Of a DNA stretch of 64,000 bases, positions 52,309-63,061 are shown piece by piece; position 1 is the stretch's first letter; each line of letters begins with the position of its first letter. This DNA is from Rebecca billardiae RCC1528 (taxonomy: Eukaryota > Protista > Haptophyta): positions 1,860,001 to 1,924,000 of the forward strand of contig OZ251230.1 in NCBI GenBank assembly GCA_965240325.2. Direction: 5' to 3'. The notes under the pieces are model-generated. The model saw only the letters and a list, made by a program, of their open reading frames with translations. It made no database searches and was not told the origin of the DNA. Both the position numbers and the translations under genes were made by a program.

Positions 52309-52523
52309 TAAGCAGTACTACAAGCAGTATCAGATATATACTGACTCGCGGTCCCGGGGCGGTGTGATGATTCACAGTTGTAGGACCTACCAGTAGCTGA
52401 TTCCCAGGAGTCCGACTGACGAGTGACGACACTGATGAGTATCTAGCAGCTACCGACGCCGCCCGGTTCCGCGCCGAGACCGATTGGCGAGTTCCGCGAC
52501 GAAATAATAAGCAGATCGGACCA

Positions 52524-52558
<35 letters not shown>

Positions 52559-52564
<6 letters not shown>

Positions 52565-55500
52565 ATTAATCCCGAATTTCCTCCGTGCACGATTTCTTTT
52601 CCTCTCCAGCAGGCGCTTGGATCCAACCGCCAGGAGAGGTCGAGTACCAGGTACTACTCGCTGTCGTACCTGCCCTCCCTGAACCGGCACGAGCGCGCTC
52701 GGCCCCTAATCCTATTGCTTTCGCCGCTGCCCGCAGGCGAACGCAAGCCGCCGGGTACGTATGTCCGTTTTCCCCCGGCGCTATTGGTCTAACGACCTAT
52801 CAGTTTACTGGTGCCGTTTGCTTTTGCACCTGTGTGGGACGACTCCCGCACCGCCCGCTCGTCCGCACGGACGACGCTGCTGACGACGTCCGCAGGGACA
52901 CTGTGATAAGCCCCTGCGTGACCGGGGAACTGGTAAGGCGGAATAAACATCATGAGCTCACGCGTGTGAACCCACGTACCGCCGGGCATGGCCCACCCGA
53001 CCGGTCGCAGCGTCGCGGGTGTCGCGACGAACGCGCGGGCAATGATGCTCGCGTGCAGCGCGCTCTGCATCGAGCAGCCGAGTGAAAGCGCGCAGACGAA
53101 CCAGATGCCCACGCACGGCGTGGTGTACGAGTTCGGTGACTACCAGAAGGACATCCGTTACGCAACCTCGAATGTCCTCCGCCTGCAGGGCGGCTGCGCG
53201 CGCGGTACGAACCGCGCGAGCATTGACGTGCCCGCGTGTGGCACTTGCGGTGACGACACCGCGGCGGGGGCCTGGATGGTCCTCGTGATCGACAACGTCG
53301 AGCACGAGCTCGATGATGATGGGAATGGAGACGATCCATACCCTTCACGGCATCCGCTGAGGCCGATGCTGCGAGCGCCCCGACCATCCTCACGAGAGGA
53401 CAGCCGGACTGGGCGCGAGGTGCTGCTCGACGACGGGCAGCAGCAGGTGATACACTCAAAGGACGTGTACATCATTGATGAGCAGTCGCTGGTCGAGGGG
53501 AGGCACACTCCATTCGCGGCCAGCGATGACAGTGCCGAGCCCGAGACTGAGCTGGGAGACGCCGCTGACGGCGAGCTCACCGGCGAGGGCGACGAGCATT
53601 TTGAGATTGAGGACGGCGCGGCCGATGACGGCGGCGCTGCTGCTCATGACGACGGTGGCGCGGCGAGCGAAGCTGCGCGACCGAGCGCCGACGGCGATGA
53701 CGCCGGAGGCGATGACGACGCACGAGCTGGTGAGTCCGCGGCGCCCGAGCTGCCGCGCGACTACGACCCGATGCGACGAGACCGAGCGAGGCGGAGCAGA
53801 CCCGCCGCGCAGACGGTGCAGGCTGTGACCGAGGCAGCGTTCCAGGCCGCGGGCGAGGAACGTACCGAGGAGGACAGCTTCGAGGCATTCGCTGCGACGA
53901 CGATCGCGCGGGTGAATGGTGTGCCGATCACCATCCCCACGACGTGGGACGAGGCGATGAAGTCGCCCGAGGCCAAGCTCTGGATGCAGGCCTGCCACGA
54001 CCACCTCGACGCGCACGGCGTGAGACACACGTTCTTCGAGGTGATTGTGCCGGACAACACGCGGACGATTCCTGTCAAGTGGGTGTTCGACGTGAAGACG
54101 CTTCCCGATGGCGAAGTGATCAAGTTCAAGGCGCGGCTGGTAACCCAGGGGTTCCGCCAGCGCGAGGGCATCGACTTCAATGAGGTGTTCGCCCCGACGA
54201 TACGACCAGAACAGCTGCGGCTGATGCTCGCGGTCGCGCTCAAGGCCAAAGGCGTCTCGATGACGGACGCGGCGAGCGCCAAGATCGTGGAGATGCGACC
54301 CGCCGACGTGCGGCACGCATACCTGAACAGCGACCTGCCGGAGGGCGAGGAGGCGATGACACCGCTCCCGCCTGGCTACACCCCGAAGAGCTCGACGCCG
54401 CTCGGCTCGAAGGTGGTCGCGAAGTTTGTGAAGGCGCTCCCAGGCATGCGCCAGGCCGGGCGCGTGTGGTACCTACACTTGCGTAAGTGTTTGCTCGAAC
54501 ATGGGTTCGAGCCGTGCCCGAGCGCGCCGTGCATCTACTCGAAGGCAGTCGATGGCGGCTACGTGTTCGTCGGTCACTTTGTCGACGATCTGCTGATGAT
54601 GAACATCTCGAAGGACAAGAACGCGTTGGACGCGCTGATGACGGCGTTGCTGACGCACTACGAGATGCAGGGCGCGGACTGCCTGAGCAAGTTCCTTGGC
54701 GCCGACTTTGAGACCACGGTGGACGGACTTTTTACCCACCTGAATCAGTACATCGGTGATGTGTGCGAGCGCTTCCACCTGAGTGGAGAGCGCCACCCAC
54801 CGACCCCCGAGTGCAGCGAGACGCGCGAGATCCCCCGCCCGCTGCAAGCCCTCCTGCTGCGCGCTGACCGCCAGCACTACCAGGAGATGACCGGTGCCCT
54901 CATGTACTGCATGACGACGTGTCGCCCCGACATCGCACACGCCGTGAACATGCTGGCACGCCGGATGTCCAATCCCCGGCTCTACGACTTGACCGCCGCG
55001 AAGCGCACGCTCCGATACTTGCTCGGCACGCGTCGGCGCGGCATCCTCTTCCGGCACGCGACGCACGCACAACACCCTGATTTGGTGGCGTACGCGGACT
55101 CAGACTGGGCGAACGATCGTGAAGATCGACGTTCTACGACGGGGTACCTTGTTATGTACAACGGGGTCCCGATCTCGTGGCACAGCGGACTGCAGAGCGT
55201 GGTCGCGTTGTCTACGTGCGAGGCGGAGTACATCGCGCTGAGCGAGTGCTGCCGCGAGGTGATCTACCTGCGCGACCTGGTCACGTTTTTGAACGAGCCG
55301 GTCGTGGAGCCCACGACGGTGATCTACGAGGATAACCAGGGCACGATCGATTTGACGAACAACCCGGTGCACCACAAGCGCACCAAGCACATTGACGTGA
55401 AGTACCATTTCACGCGGCGCGCGCAAGCCGACGGCGCCGTGCTGATCCAGAAGGTGTCGACCGACGACAACCGGTCCGACATCATGACCAAGGCTACCGC

Positions 55501-55980
55501 GACGAGTACTTTTCTCAAACACGTCGTGGCGATACTGCATGCTGTTCCACCACCTCCGCCGCCTTCGGCATGATGTCGAGGGGGGGTGTTGTATTAATCC
55601 CGAATTTCCTCCGTGCACGATTTCTTTTCCTCTCCAGCAGGCGCTTGGATCCAACCGCCAGGAGAGGTCGAGTACCAGGTACTACTCGCTGTCGTACCTG
55701 CCCTCCCTGAACCGGCACGAGCGCGCTCGGCCCCTAATCCTATTGCTTTCGCCGCTGCCCGCAGGCGAACGCAAGCCGCCGGGTACGTATGTCCGTTTTC
55801 CCCCGGCGCTATTGGTCTAACGACCTATCAGTTTACTGGTGCCGTTTGCTTTTGCACCTGTGTGGGACGACTCCCGCACCGCCCGCTCGTCCGCACGGAC
55901 GACGCTGCTGACGACGTCCGCAGGGACACTGTGATAAGCCCCTGCGTGACCGGGGAACTGGTAAGGCGGAATAAACATCA
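52559..55980 (+). mobile_element. Ty1/Copia LTR retrotransposon, internally deleted
   Basis: 394-bp LTRs TGTT...ATCA at 52559-52952 and 55587-55980, PPT GAGGGGGGG at 55578-55586, inserted in a (TA)n tract (TATAT on both sides). Confidence 0.95.
52988..55573 (+). CDS. pol: Truncated Copia pol: reverse transcriptase (RVT_2) + RNase H
   Basis: KWVF...KFKARLVTQGFRQREGIDFNEVFAP, HFVDDLL, YADSDWA, STCEAEY, IYEDNQG, RTKHIDVKYHF. Confidence 0.95.
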   Translation: MAHPTGRSVAGVATNARAMMLACSALCIEQPSESAQTNQMPTHGVVYEFGDYQKDIRYATSNVLRLQGGCARGTNRASIDVPACGTCGDDTAAGAWMVLVIDNVEHELDDDGNGDDPYPSRHPLRPMLRAPRPSSREDSRTGREVLLDDGQQQVIHSKDVYIIDEQSLVEGRHTPFAASDDSAEPETELGDAADGELTGEGDEHFEIEDGAADDGGAAAHDDGGAASEAARPSADGDDAGGDDDARAGESAAPELPRDYDPMRRDRARRSRPAAQTVQAVTEAAFQAAGEERTEEDSFEAFAATTIARVNGVPITIPTTWDEAMKSPEAKLWMQACHDHLDAHGVRHTFFEVIVPDNTRTIPVKWVFDVKTLPDGEVIKFKARLVTQGFRQREGIDFNEVFAPTIRPEQLRLMLAVALKAKGVSMTDAASAKIVEMRPADVRHAYLNSDLPEGEEAMTPLPPGYTPKSSTPLGSKVVAKFVKALPGMRQAGRVWYLHLRKCLLEHGFEPCPSAPCIYSKAVDGGYVFVGHFVDDLLMMNISKDKNALDALMTALLTHYEMQGADCLSKFLGADFETTVDGLFTHLNQYIGDVCERFHLSGERHPPTPECSETREIPRPLQALLLRADRQHYQEMTGALMYCMTTCRPDIAHAVNMLARRMSNPRLYDLTAAKRTLRYLLGTRRRGILFRHATHAQHPDLVAYADSDWANDREDRRSTTGYLVMYNGVPISWHSGLQSVVALSTCEAEYIALSECCREVIYLRDLVTFLNEPVVEPTTVIYEDNQGTIDLTNNPVHHKRTKHIDVKYHFTRRAQADGAVLIQKVSTDDNRSDIMTKATATSTFLKHVVAILHAVPPPPPPSA

Positions 55981-56438
55981 TATATATATATAATATGCTG
56001 AACATCGCGCCCTGCTATCGTCATAGCAGCAGCCTACTGGCAGTATAACTGTACCATATACTCTCGGTGCGCTGGCCCCGTGCTGACCGTCAATGATGTA
56101 GCCTTCAGGCCTTCAGCGCCACAGGCTACTCCGCGGCGTGTGGTCGGCGTGAACTTGCTGACGTCATCATTCATCACGACGCCGCCGACCGCGTCACGTG
56201 AATGACGTGCGGTCCGGTCGGCGTGAATGACGTTGTAGTGCCAACCGGCGCCGCGACCGGCGAGGCGAACCGCGGGTCCGGACTCCGGTCAGACTCCCGC
56301 GTTACGCTAACGCGGGCCTCGCCAACCGAGGTTGATATATATATATGCTTTTACCAGCATTATATTGCTGTCCCGGCGGGCGAGCGCGGCTGTCATTATC
56401 TGAGACTCTGTGCCCACTGCCCAGTGCCTCACTATGAT

Positions 56439-59400
56439 TCACATCATCTCCGATGGCTCGGATGACTGCTCGTGCTCAGCCTCAGGCCTTGGCCGCGGGC
56501 CACGCGCGCGGATGCGCGGCACGAAGACGTGTTCGGCTGCGAGAGTGAGCGCGGCACCGAGCGCGACGCACACAGCCGCGGCTGCCACGCCTGGCAGCAC
56601 CCCCCACGGCCGACCCCCAGCCTCGTGTGCGCGCTGGTGCACGCGTGCCGCCTGCGCCTCGAGCTGCGCGCGCTTCGGCGGGTGGATGATGTCGGGCAGC
56701 GTCGAGTCGGCGAGCGGCACCAAGCTGTCCCAGTCACACAACGACACCTTCTGGTAGTACTTGGGCAGCGCAAAGTCGGCGCCGGCGCAGAAGCGCTCGC
56801 CCATCCAGATCACGGTCGCGTCCTCCGGCTGGCAGTCCGTGACCACCTGCGGCGCGCGGGCGAGCACGCCGCGGTGCGTGGCACACGCGCGCGCCCGTCA
56901 CGCCGCTGCCCCGCCGATCGCGTGCGCATCGGCGGCGCGCGCGCGGCGCGGCGCCGCCCCGCCGAGCTCGCGCGCGCGCACCTTGCCAAAGTCCTTGATC
57001 ACCTTGCCCGAGGGCACGAGGAGGCTCGACTTGAGAGCGGTGAGGTTGACCTGCCAGCCGTCCGCCTGCAGCTCTGGGTAGAAGAAGCCGTTCGCCGCGC
57101 AGATGCCCAGCACCATCGGGTTGAGCCCGTTGTCGTCGAAGCGCAGGTACTGGTACGGCCACGCCGCGTTGATCGGGGACGCGCCAAAACCGTTCGTGCA
57201 GTACCTGCGTGCGGCCGGCGGCGTGGTCGCGACCACGCGCGCGCGCGCGCGTGCGTGCGTGCGTGCGCAAGCGCGTGAGCGCGTGCGCGCGAGCGCGCGT
57301 GCGCGCGCGCGTGCGCGCTCGGCGTGCGCGGCGTGCGCGGCGGCGTGCGCGCAGGGCGGGAGCGCGCACCCGCCACGCGGGTTAATGATGTGGTTGACCA
57401 TGTCCGTCTTGCACACGTCCGCCGCCGACTTTGGGTCGCCGTACACGTACTGCATGGCGAACGGCGTCCAAAAGTCGGTGAAGGTGAAGAAGTAGTTGAA
57501 CGCGTACGGCTTGGGCAGGCCGAGCCACGCGATGAGCTCGTCGACCGAGATGGGCGCGGCGCCGAGCCGCAAGCCCGCGTCGTGCCAGCCGGCGCCCATG
57601 GCGTCCGGCCCCTCGCTCCGGGCGCCGGCCGCGCGCGCGGCGGCCGCGTCGTCGTGCAGCCCGAGCGTTGACCACACCCGGTGCAGCTGCGCGAGCCTCA
57701 CGCCCTTGGGCTGCTCGAAGACGGCGAACGAGACGACGGTGTAGTTGAAGAAGTAGCCCGTCGAGAGCGGCCCGATGTACCGCTGGATCGTAGTGCCCTT
57801 CGCCACGTCCGAGCCCGGGATGTCCACGACGAGCCACTGCAGCGTCGTGTCGTCCATGCGCGGCTGAGGCGCCGACCACGCGACGAGTGTGTACAGGGCG
57901 TCGGGCTTGGCGGTCCAGCCGACGGCGGGCTGGTAGTTGTCCGCGCCGAGGCAGAGCCAGTCCTCCCCGCCGAACGCGCTCGCGCCCGAGTACCCCTGCG
58001 CGCCCATCGTCTCCGACGCGTTGCACGAGTACGAGTTGAGGTGCGCCGAGCGCACGCTCCACGGGGCGATCTGCTGAACGCCAAGAAACGGGTCGACGCG
58101 GAACGAGTGCTGCTCGGCGTGCACGCGGCGCTCCATGCGCTCGTTCCAGACGGACTGCATGCACTCGGTGAACACGCCGCCGGGCGAGTCGTACTCGATG
58201 CGCAGCAGCGAGCGCAGATCGTCCAGCGGCGCGAACGCGGAGTAGGCGTGGTGCTTGTGCGCGAGCTGCGCGAGCAGCGAGGGCGTCGGCGTGTGCTCGC
58301 ACGGCACGTATGTCGGGAACATGCGCCCGCCCTGCGCGCCCCAGTCGTTCTGCGCCGAGGCGCGGTACGGCGTGGTCCAGGTGCACGCGAACCACGAGTT
58401 CCTCGAGCACACCGCGCTCGTGAACGTGCTCGTCACCGCCTCGCCCTCGGCGGCGCCCGGCTTCCGCGCCGTCACCTCCCAGTGCGCCCACACGTCCGTG
58501 AGCGCGGCCGCGTCCGACGTCTCGTTCCAAACGACGGCGGAGAGGCGCCACGCGCGCGCGTGCGCGGGCACGCCCGGCGCGGAGTCGGCGTACGAGCCGT
58601 CGCCGAGCGGGCCGAGCGCGACCGCCTTCACCTCCGTCCACGGCACGATCCACTCGTCGTATCGATGCAGCCGGAAGCGCGCCGCGATCTCGAGCTCGGG
58701 CGCGGGCGGGTGCGGCGCGGGCGCGACCGCGACAATCTTGGTGAGCTGCAGCCGTGTGCCGCGCGGCTCGATCGTCACCGCCTGGGTGAGCGCCGTGGGG
58801 AACGGCGCGATCGTGGTGGGCGCGTCCGCCACCTTGGCCGGCCGGCCGCGCCGACGTCGGCTGCCGCCGCTCGGCACGTCGTGCAGCGACCTCGCGTTGA
58901 GGGCGACGCACCGGTCGATCGGCTCGCTCTCGCCGGCGATCTGGTCGTTCGCGACCCACCACGCGACCACGCGGATGGTGAGGCACACGGTCTCCACCTT
59001 CGTGAGCGAGCGAAAGTCCCAGCCCAGCGCCGCCACGCGGCGCGNNNNNNNNNNNNNNNNNNNNNNNNNNNNNNNNNNNNNNNNNNNNNNNNNNNNNNNN
59101 NNNNNNNNNNNNNNNNNNNNNNNNNNNNNNNNNNNNNNNNNNNNCCGCCACGCGGCGCGAGCGGCCGGCGCCGCGCTGCGGCTCGCCGTTGCCCAGGTTG
59201 CTCTCGTGCAGCTTGTACCCGTGCTCGGCCACGCCGACGCGCAGACCGTCCACGGAGTACGTGACGGTCAGGTTGAAGTCCAGATCCCCCTCGTTGTACA
59301 TCGTGTTCGACGCCATGGCGAAGACGCGCACCACCGACTCGTAGGACGGCGGCTCCTGCGCGCGCCAGCTGCCCGCGCCCGGCGTCACGACCGTGTACGC

Positions 59401-59550
59401 CTCGATGTCGTCCACCTCGACGATGGTCGATCGCGCGTCGAGCTCGACGGGCGGAGTGTAGGTCCGTGCGTGCGTCGGCGCAGGGCTGCTCACGGCATGG
59501 CCGCGATGGTGGTGCCTCACGGCCGCGGCCAGCAGCAGGAGAGCAAGCAT
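56439..59550 (-). CDS. Large type I membrane protein with a PEBP-like domain (introns 57205-57369 and 56847-56981; gap 59045-59144)
   Basis: Signal peptide MLALLLLAAA and PEBP-like QPAVGWTAKPDALYTLV...QWLVVDIPGSDVAKGTTIQRYIGP...FAVFEQP. GTGCGC...GCAG introns splice in frame. C-terminal TM VAAAAVCVALGAALTLAA. Confidence 0.75.
59045..59144. other. Assembly gap (100 N)
   Basis: Run of n. Confidence 1.
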
Positions 59551-59699
59551 GCCGCCGCCTGAGCCCCGACCGTCGGCGCCTGACTGTGAAGGCGGCGCTT
59601 GCCCGTCGTCGCTCAGCTTTGCTCGTCGCGAAGGCTATGATGTGATGCGGGTAGTACCCCATATGCGGGCACTACCCCCATATTGTACGGTACTTGTAT

Positions 59700-60920
59700 G
59701 GGGGACATACAGTTTACTATGATTTAACGTGCACACTTGGTTAAGGCGTGTTTACTAATTCTATGACTTTACTAATTCTATGATTTTTTTAAAGACACAG
59801 GCAGCCGCCAGTCTGATCACCCGGAGCCCGTTATAAAGGGGAATTTATAGGCACGAGGGCGCAGCTCTCCTGATTCGTCTGTGGTGGTACTGGTCGAAGC
59901 TTGCAGCAGTGGCAGTGGTGTGAGCACGTTGATGTTCAGGTCGCCATGGTGGACGTCGTTGTTGTCGTCGTCGACGTCGTCAGGCCCACCGGGGGGATGC
60001 ATGGGTACCAAATCAAACTGGCGAGTGAGCATATGTTGGCGTCGGCAAGGCCGTCCCCTACTTGGTCAGCAGCTGGTCGTGGATGATGTCGTCGCCTACT
60101 ACTTGGTCAGTGGCTGGTCATGGCGGACGATGGTGTAGCCTGTTATCTTGGTCAGCAGCTGGTGGATGATGTTGTGGCCGAAATTAGTACTAGTAGCCAA
60201 GTTGGACTCGCCGTCGGGGGCTGGTTCCGGTACTTGTGGGGGATGGTCGCGTCTCTGCTGGGCCTGGTAGTTCTGGTTGAGCTCGTCCTCCCCCCTCCCC
60301 TCCCCCCTCCTCTCCTTGCCCCCCCCCCCCCCCCCCCCCTCCCCAGCCCGGCGCTTGGGCACGGTTCCCCCACCCCGCTCCCAGGGGGCCTCTGGCCAGC
60401 CTGAGTTCTGCCTGCGGGGCCGGTGGCCTCAGTGGGCCTCAGACCTGGCCGTGCCCTTGGGACTGTGGTCCTGTAATGGCCTCTCCAGTGAGAGATGACC
60501 CTGGTCTGTCCGAGTGCGCCCGCTGCCAGCCTGGTGGCCACTTGGGGCCAGGGTAGCACCTCAATGTGCAGCGGGTCGTGCCGGTTGTACTGGGGGGAGC
60601 CTGGGCCTGTGGAAGACCTGGACCATACGAAGAGCCAAGAGGGGCGCCGGTGTGAGGGTCTCTGGTGACCAGGGCGACTGTGGTGTTCGCCCCTGCTGCC
60701 ACGCAGGGGAGGAGTGCATCTGCCAGCGGGGTGCCAGCCTCTCGAACAGTGCCCAGGGTGGCAGCCGCTGCAGCTGCCCTCTGTGCGCTCCCGTCGGGCT
60801 CGAGGTGGGCCTGCTGGGGGGCCACTGCAGCCGCCAAGGCCCTCTGGTGCTGCGCATCACACCGGTGCCATCGACGTCAGCATCCTCCAGTCCAGCTGCT
60901 GCATAGAAGCTCCATCAAAT
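59700..60920. repeat. Degenerate repeat-derived segment, partly CpG-poor
   Basis: 59868-59932 matches 1656-1717. Three ~43-bp units starting CTTGGTCAG lie at 60061, 60102 and 60147. CpG is visibly scarce at ~60390-60910. Confidence 0.5.
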
Positions 60921-60994
60921 GAATAAGAGACGCACACAGCTCAGGCAGGCGAGATTGACGCCCGCGCGGAGTGGGGCCCGGCGGCCGCTCGTCG

Positions 60995-61672
60995 ATGCGC
61001 AACGCGCTCGCGCTCGTGCGACTGTCGCTCGCCACCGCTCGCACGCACCCGGCGTCGCTCGCGACCATGGCAGCATCGGCGAAGCCCGCGCTGGTCGTCG
61101 ACCCTTTCTGCCACCGCCAGTTCGACGACCCCGGCTACGCGGGCACGCGCATTTCTGTGAGCAAGGAGGAGTTTGCTGCACGCGCCAACGCACACCTCGA
61201 GGCCAACCCGGCCTGCCTCGTCGACGGTTACGCGCCGTTCTGCAAGCACATCTTCATCGAGAACTTCCTCGAGGGCGCCACCCTCCCGTACGCCGCGCTG
61301 ACCGATGAGCTCCAGCCGCTTGTGCGCTCGGCGTACGAGGCGCGCACCGAGAAGGAGCTGCCGGTCCTCACGCGCTGGATCCCCGCGTCGGCTGTCGAGC
61401 CGAAGCGCGCGACGTACCTCGACCTGATCCTGTACTCGCGCGAGCAGATCAGGAAGGAGAACGCCGCCATGGGCGTCTCGTCGGACGAGGACGCGCCGTG
61501 GGGCATCATCTCCGTGAAGGCGCAGGACGTGCCCTACGAGGTGCCGATGAACCCGATCACGATGATGCGCAACGCGCTCGGCGTCGAGCACGGCGGCTCC
61601 GGTGTGCCCATCGAGCGCGAGAAATACTCGGCATCCGTGGAGTTCTGGCAGAAGCACGTCGTCCTCCGCTGA
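60995..61672 (+). CDS. DUF3228 family protein
   Basis: DPFCHRQF, LVDGYAPFCKHIFIENF, YEARTEKELPVLTRW, YLDLILYSREQI, PMNPITMMRNALG, GGSGVPIEREKY. Alternative start at 61068. Confidence 0.85.
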   Translation: MRNALALVRLSLATARTHPASLATMAASAKPALVVDPFCHRQFDDPGYAGTRISVSKEEFAARANAHLEANPACLVDGYAPFCKHIFIENFLEGATLPYAALTDELQPLVRSAYEARTEKELPVLTRWIPASAVEPKRATYLDLILYSREQIRKENAAMGVSSDEDAPWGIISVKAQDVPYEVPMNPITMMRNALGVEHGGSGVPIEREKYSASVEFWQKHVVLR

Positions 61673-62215
61673 TGTGAGCCGAGCCAGGTGCGTCAGGGCG
61701 GTCAGCTCGGCGGAACGCCGAACGGCAGCGGTCGGACCACTCTGCCCCTCCTGGCAGTCCTCCCGTCCTGCGGCGGTGACCCGCGGCCCTGCTGTAAAGA
61801 ATTAGCCTAAGTTCGTGCTCAGCGCCGCCGAGGGTCGGAGGTATGGCGCCTCGCGGTCGGGCGGCCCGCGAATCGCTGTCATAATCGGATCCGTGACCGA
61901 TTTAGATCCGACGGCCCCCCAGACCGACGGTCGGTCACGGGCCTGCGCGGTTGCAGGCACTCGACCGTGCCTGCAAGCGCGCCCCTGTGACGCTCATGCC
62001 TGCAGAAGCAGATGCAGATGGGCCCTCATATGCACCCTGGTGCGCCTAAGACCGGCGGGAGCGTCAGAGAGTAGAGACCGTCTCGGAGCGTCACTACTCA
62101 CTATCTTGACCCGTGCCCGCGTTGCACACTCAATCTCCGCAGTTAGCTCCATCTCGGACGGTCAGCGACACTGCTACTATCAGCAGACGCAGATGGGTAT
62201 CCGCAGATGTCGAAC

Positions 62216-63004
62216 TCACCACTCAGTTACCGCCTCGTTCTCCCACAGCGCACCACTTGGGCCGTCAGGTGGAAGCGTTGCTAGCAGCACTGCATTGCGA
62301 GCGCCCACTGCCGGCGGCCTTGGCCCCTTGTGTGAGGACATGTCTGTGTCGCACCAACCAGGGCAGCATGCGTTGGCCTTCAGAGCGCTGCCCTCGCGCC
62401 GGGCGAGCAGCTTGGTGTACGCAATCAGCGCGAGCTTAGAGAACGCATAGCTCGATCCGGACCATCCATGCACAAGATGTTCACCCGAAGCGACGTCGGC
62501 CTCAAACTCTGCAACAAGTGCGCGCAGTTGTTCAAGCGTGAGTTCAGGATCGTTGAACTGATGTTGACGCGCAAGAGAGAGCTGACTCAGCGCCCCCTTC
62601 ATCGACGCGACGAACACGACGCGAGCATCGCCTGCTTGGCGGAGGAGAGGTAAGAGCGCTTCGGTGAGGGCCACTGTGCCGTGAAAGTTGATCGCCACCG
62701 TCGGCTTGCTCTGCTCCTTGAACGGAGTCGCATCTGCCTCCTTGAAAGCGAAGCCAGCGTTGTTGACGAGAACATCCAGAGATGAGTGTTCCTGCTGGAC
62801 CTCGGCCGCGAATGCCTTCACGGACTCTAGGTCCGAGAGTTCAAGCGTGCCATGCCCGCACCCGAGCTCAGCAGCTGCGCGGGCGGCACAGCTCGGGTCA
62901 CGGCTGGTAATGATCACGGCAAAGTTCAGGGCGATCAGCTGCCGCGCAATATGGTAACCGATGCCGCGATTCCCTCCCGTCACGACAGCAAGCGGCCTGC
63001 GCAT
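62216..63004 (-). CDS. Short-chain dehydrogenase/reductase, carbonyl reductase (CBR1-like)
   Basis: VTGGNRGIG, LDVLVNNAG, YAFSK, NACCPGWCDTDMSSHKG. Confidence 0.92.
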   Translation of the reverse strand: MRRPLAVVTGGNRGIGYHIARQLIALNFAVIITSRDPSCAARAAAELGCGHGTLELSDLESVKAFAAEVQQEHSSLDVLVNNAGFAFKEADATPFKEQSKPTVAINFHGTVALTEALLPLLRQAGDARVVFVASMKGALSQLSLARQHQFNDPELTLEQLRALVAEFEADVASGEHLVHGWSGSSYAFSKLALIAYTKLLARREGSALKANACCPGWCDTDMSSHKGPRPPAVGARNAVLLATLPPDGPSGALWENEAVTEW

Positions 63005-63061
63005 TGTTGATGTTATGAGCCGCCCCTCGCCGTCGGGCCGGTGCGTCCGTGCACGCCCCAC

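Noticed and set aside
52585-53085. ORF duplicated at 55613-55993
   Set aside because: It is simply LTR sequence present twice.
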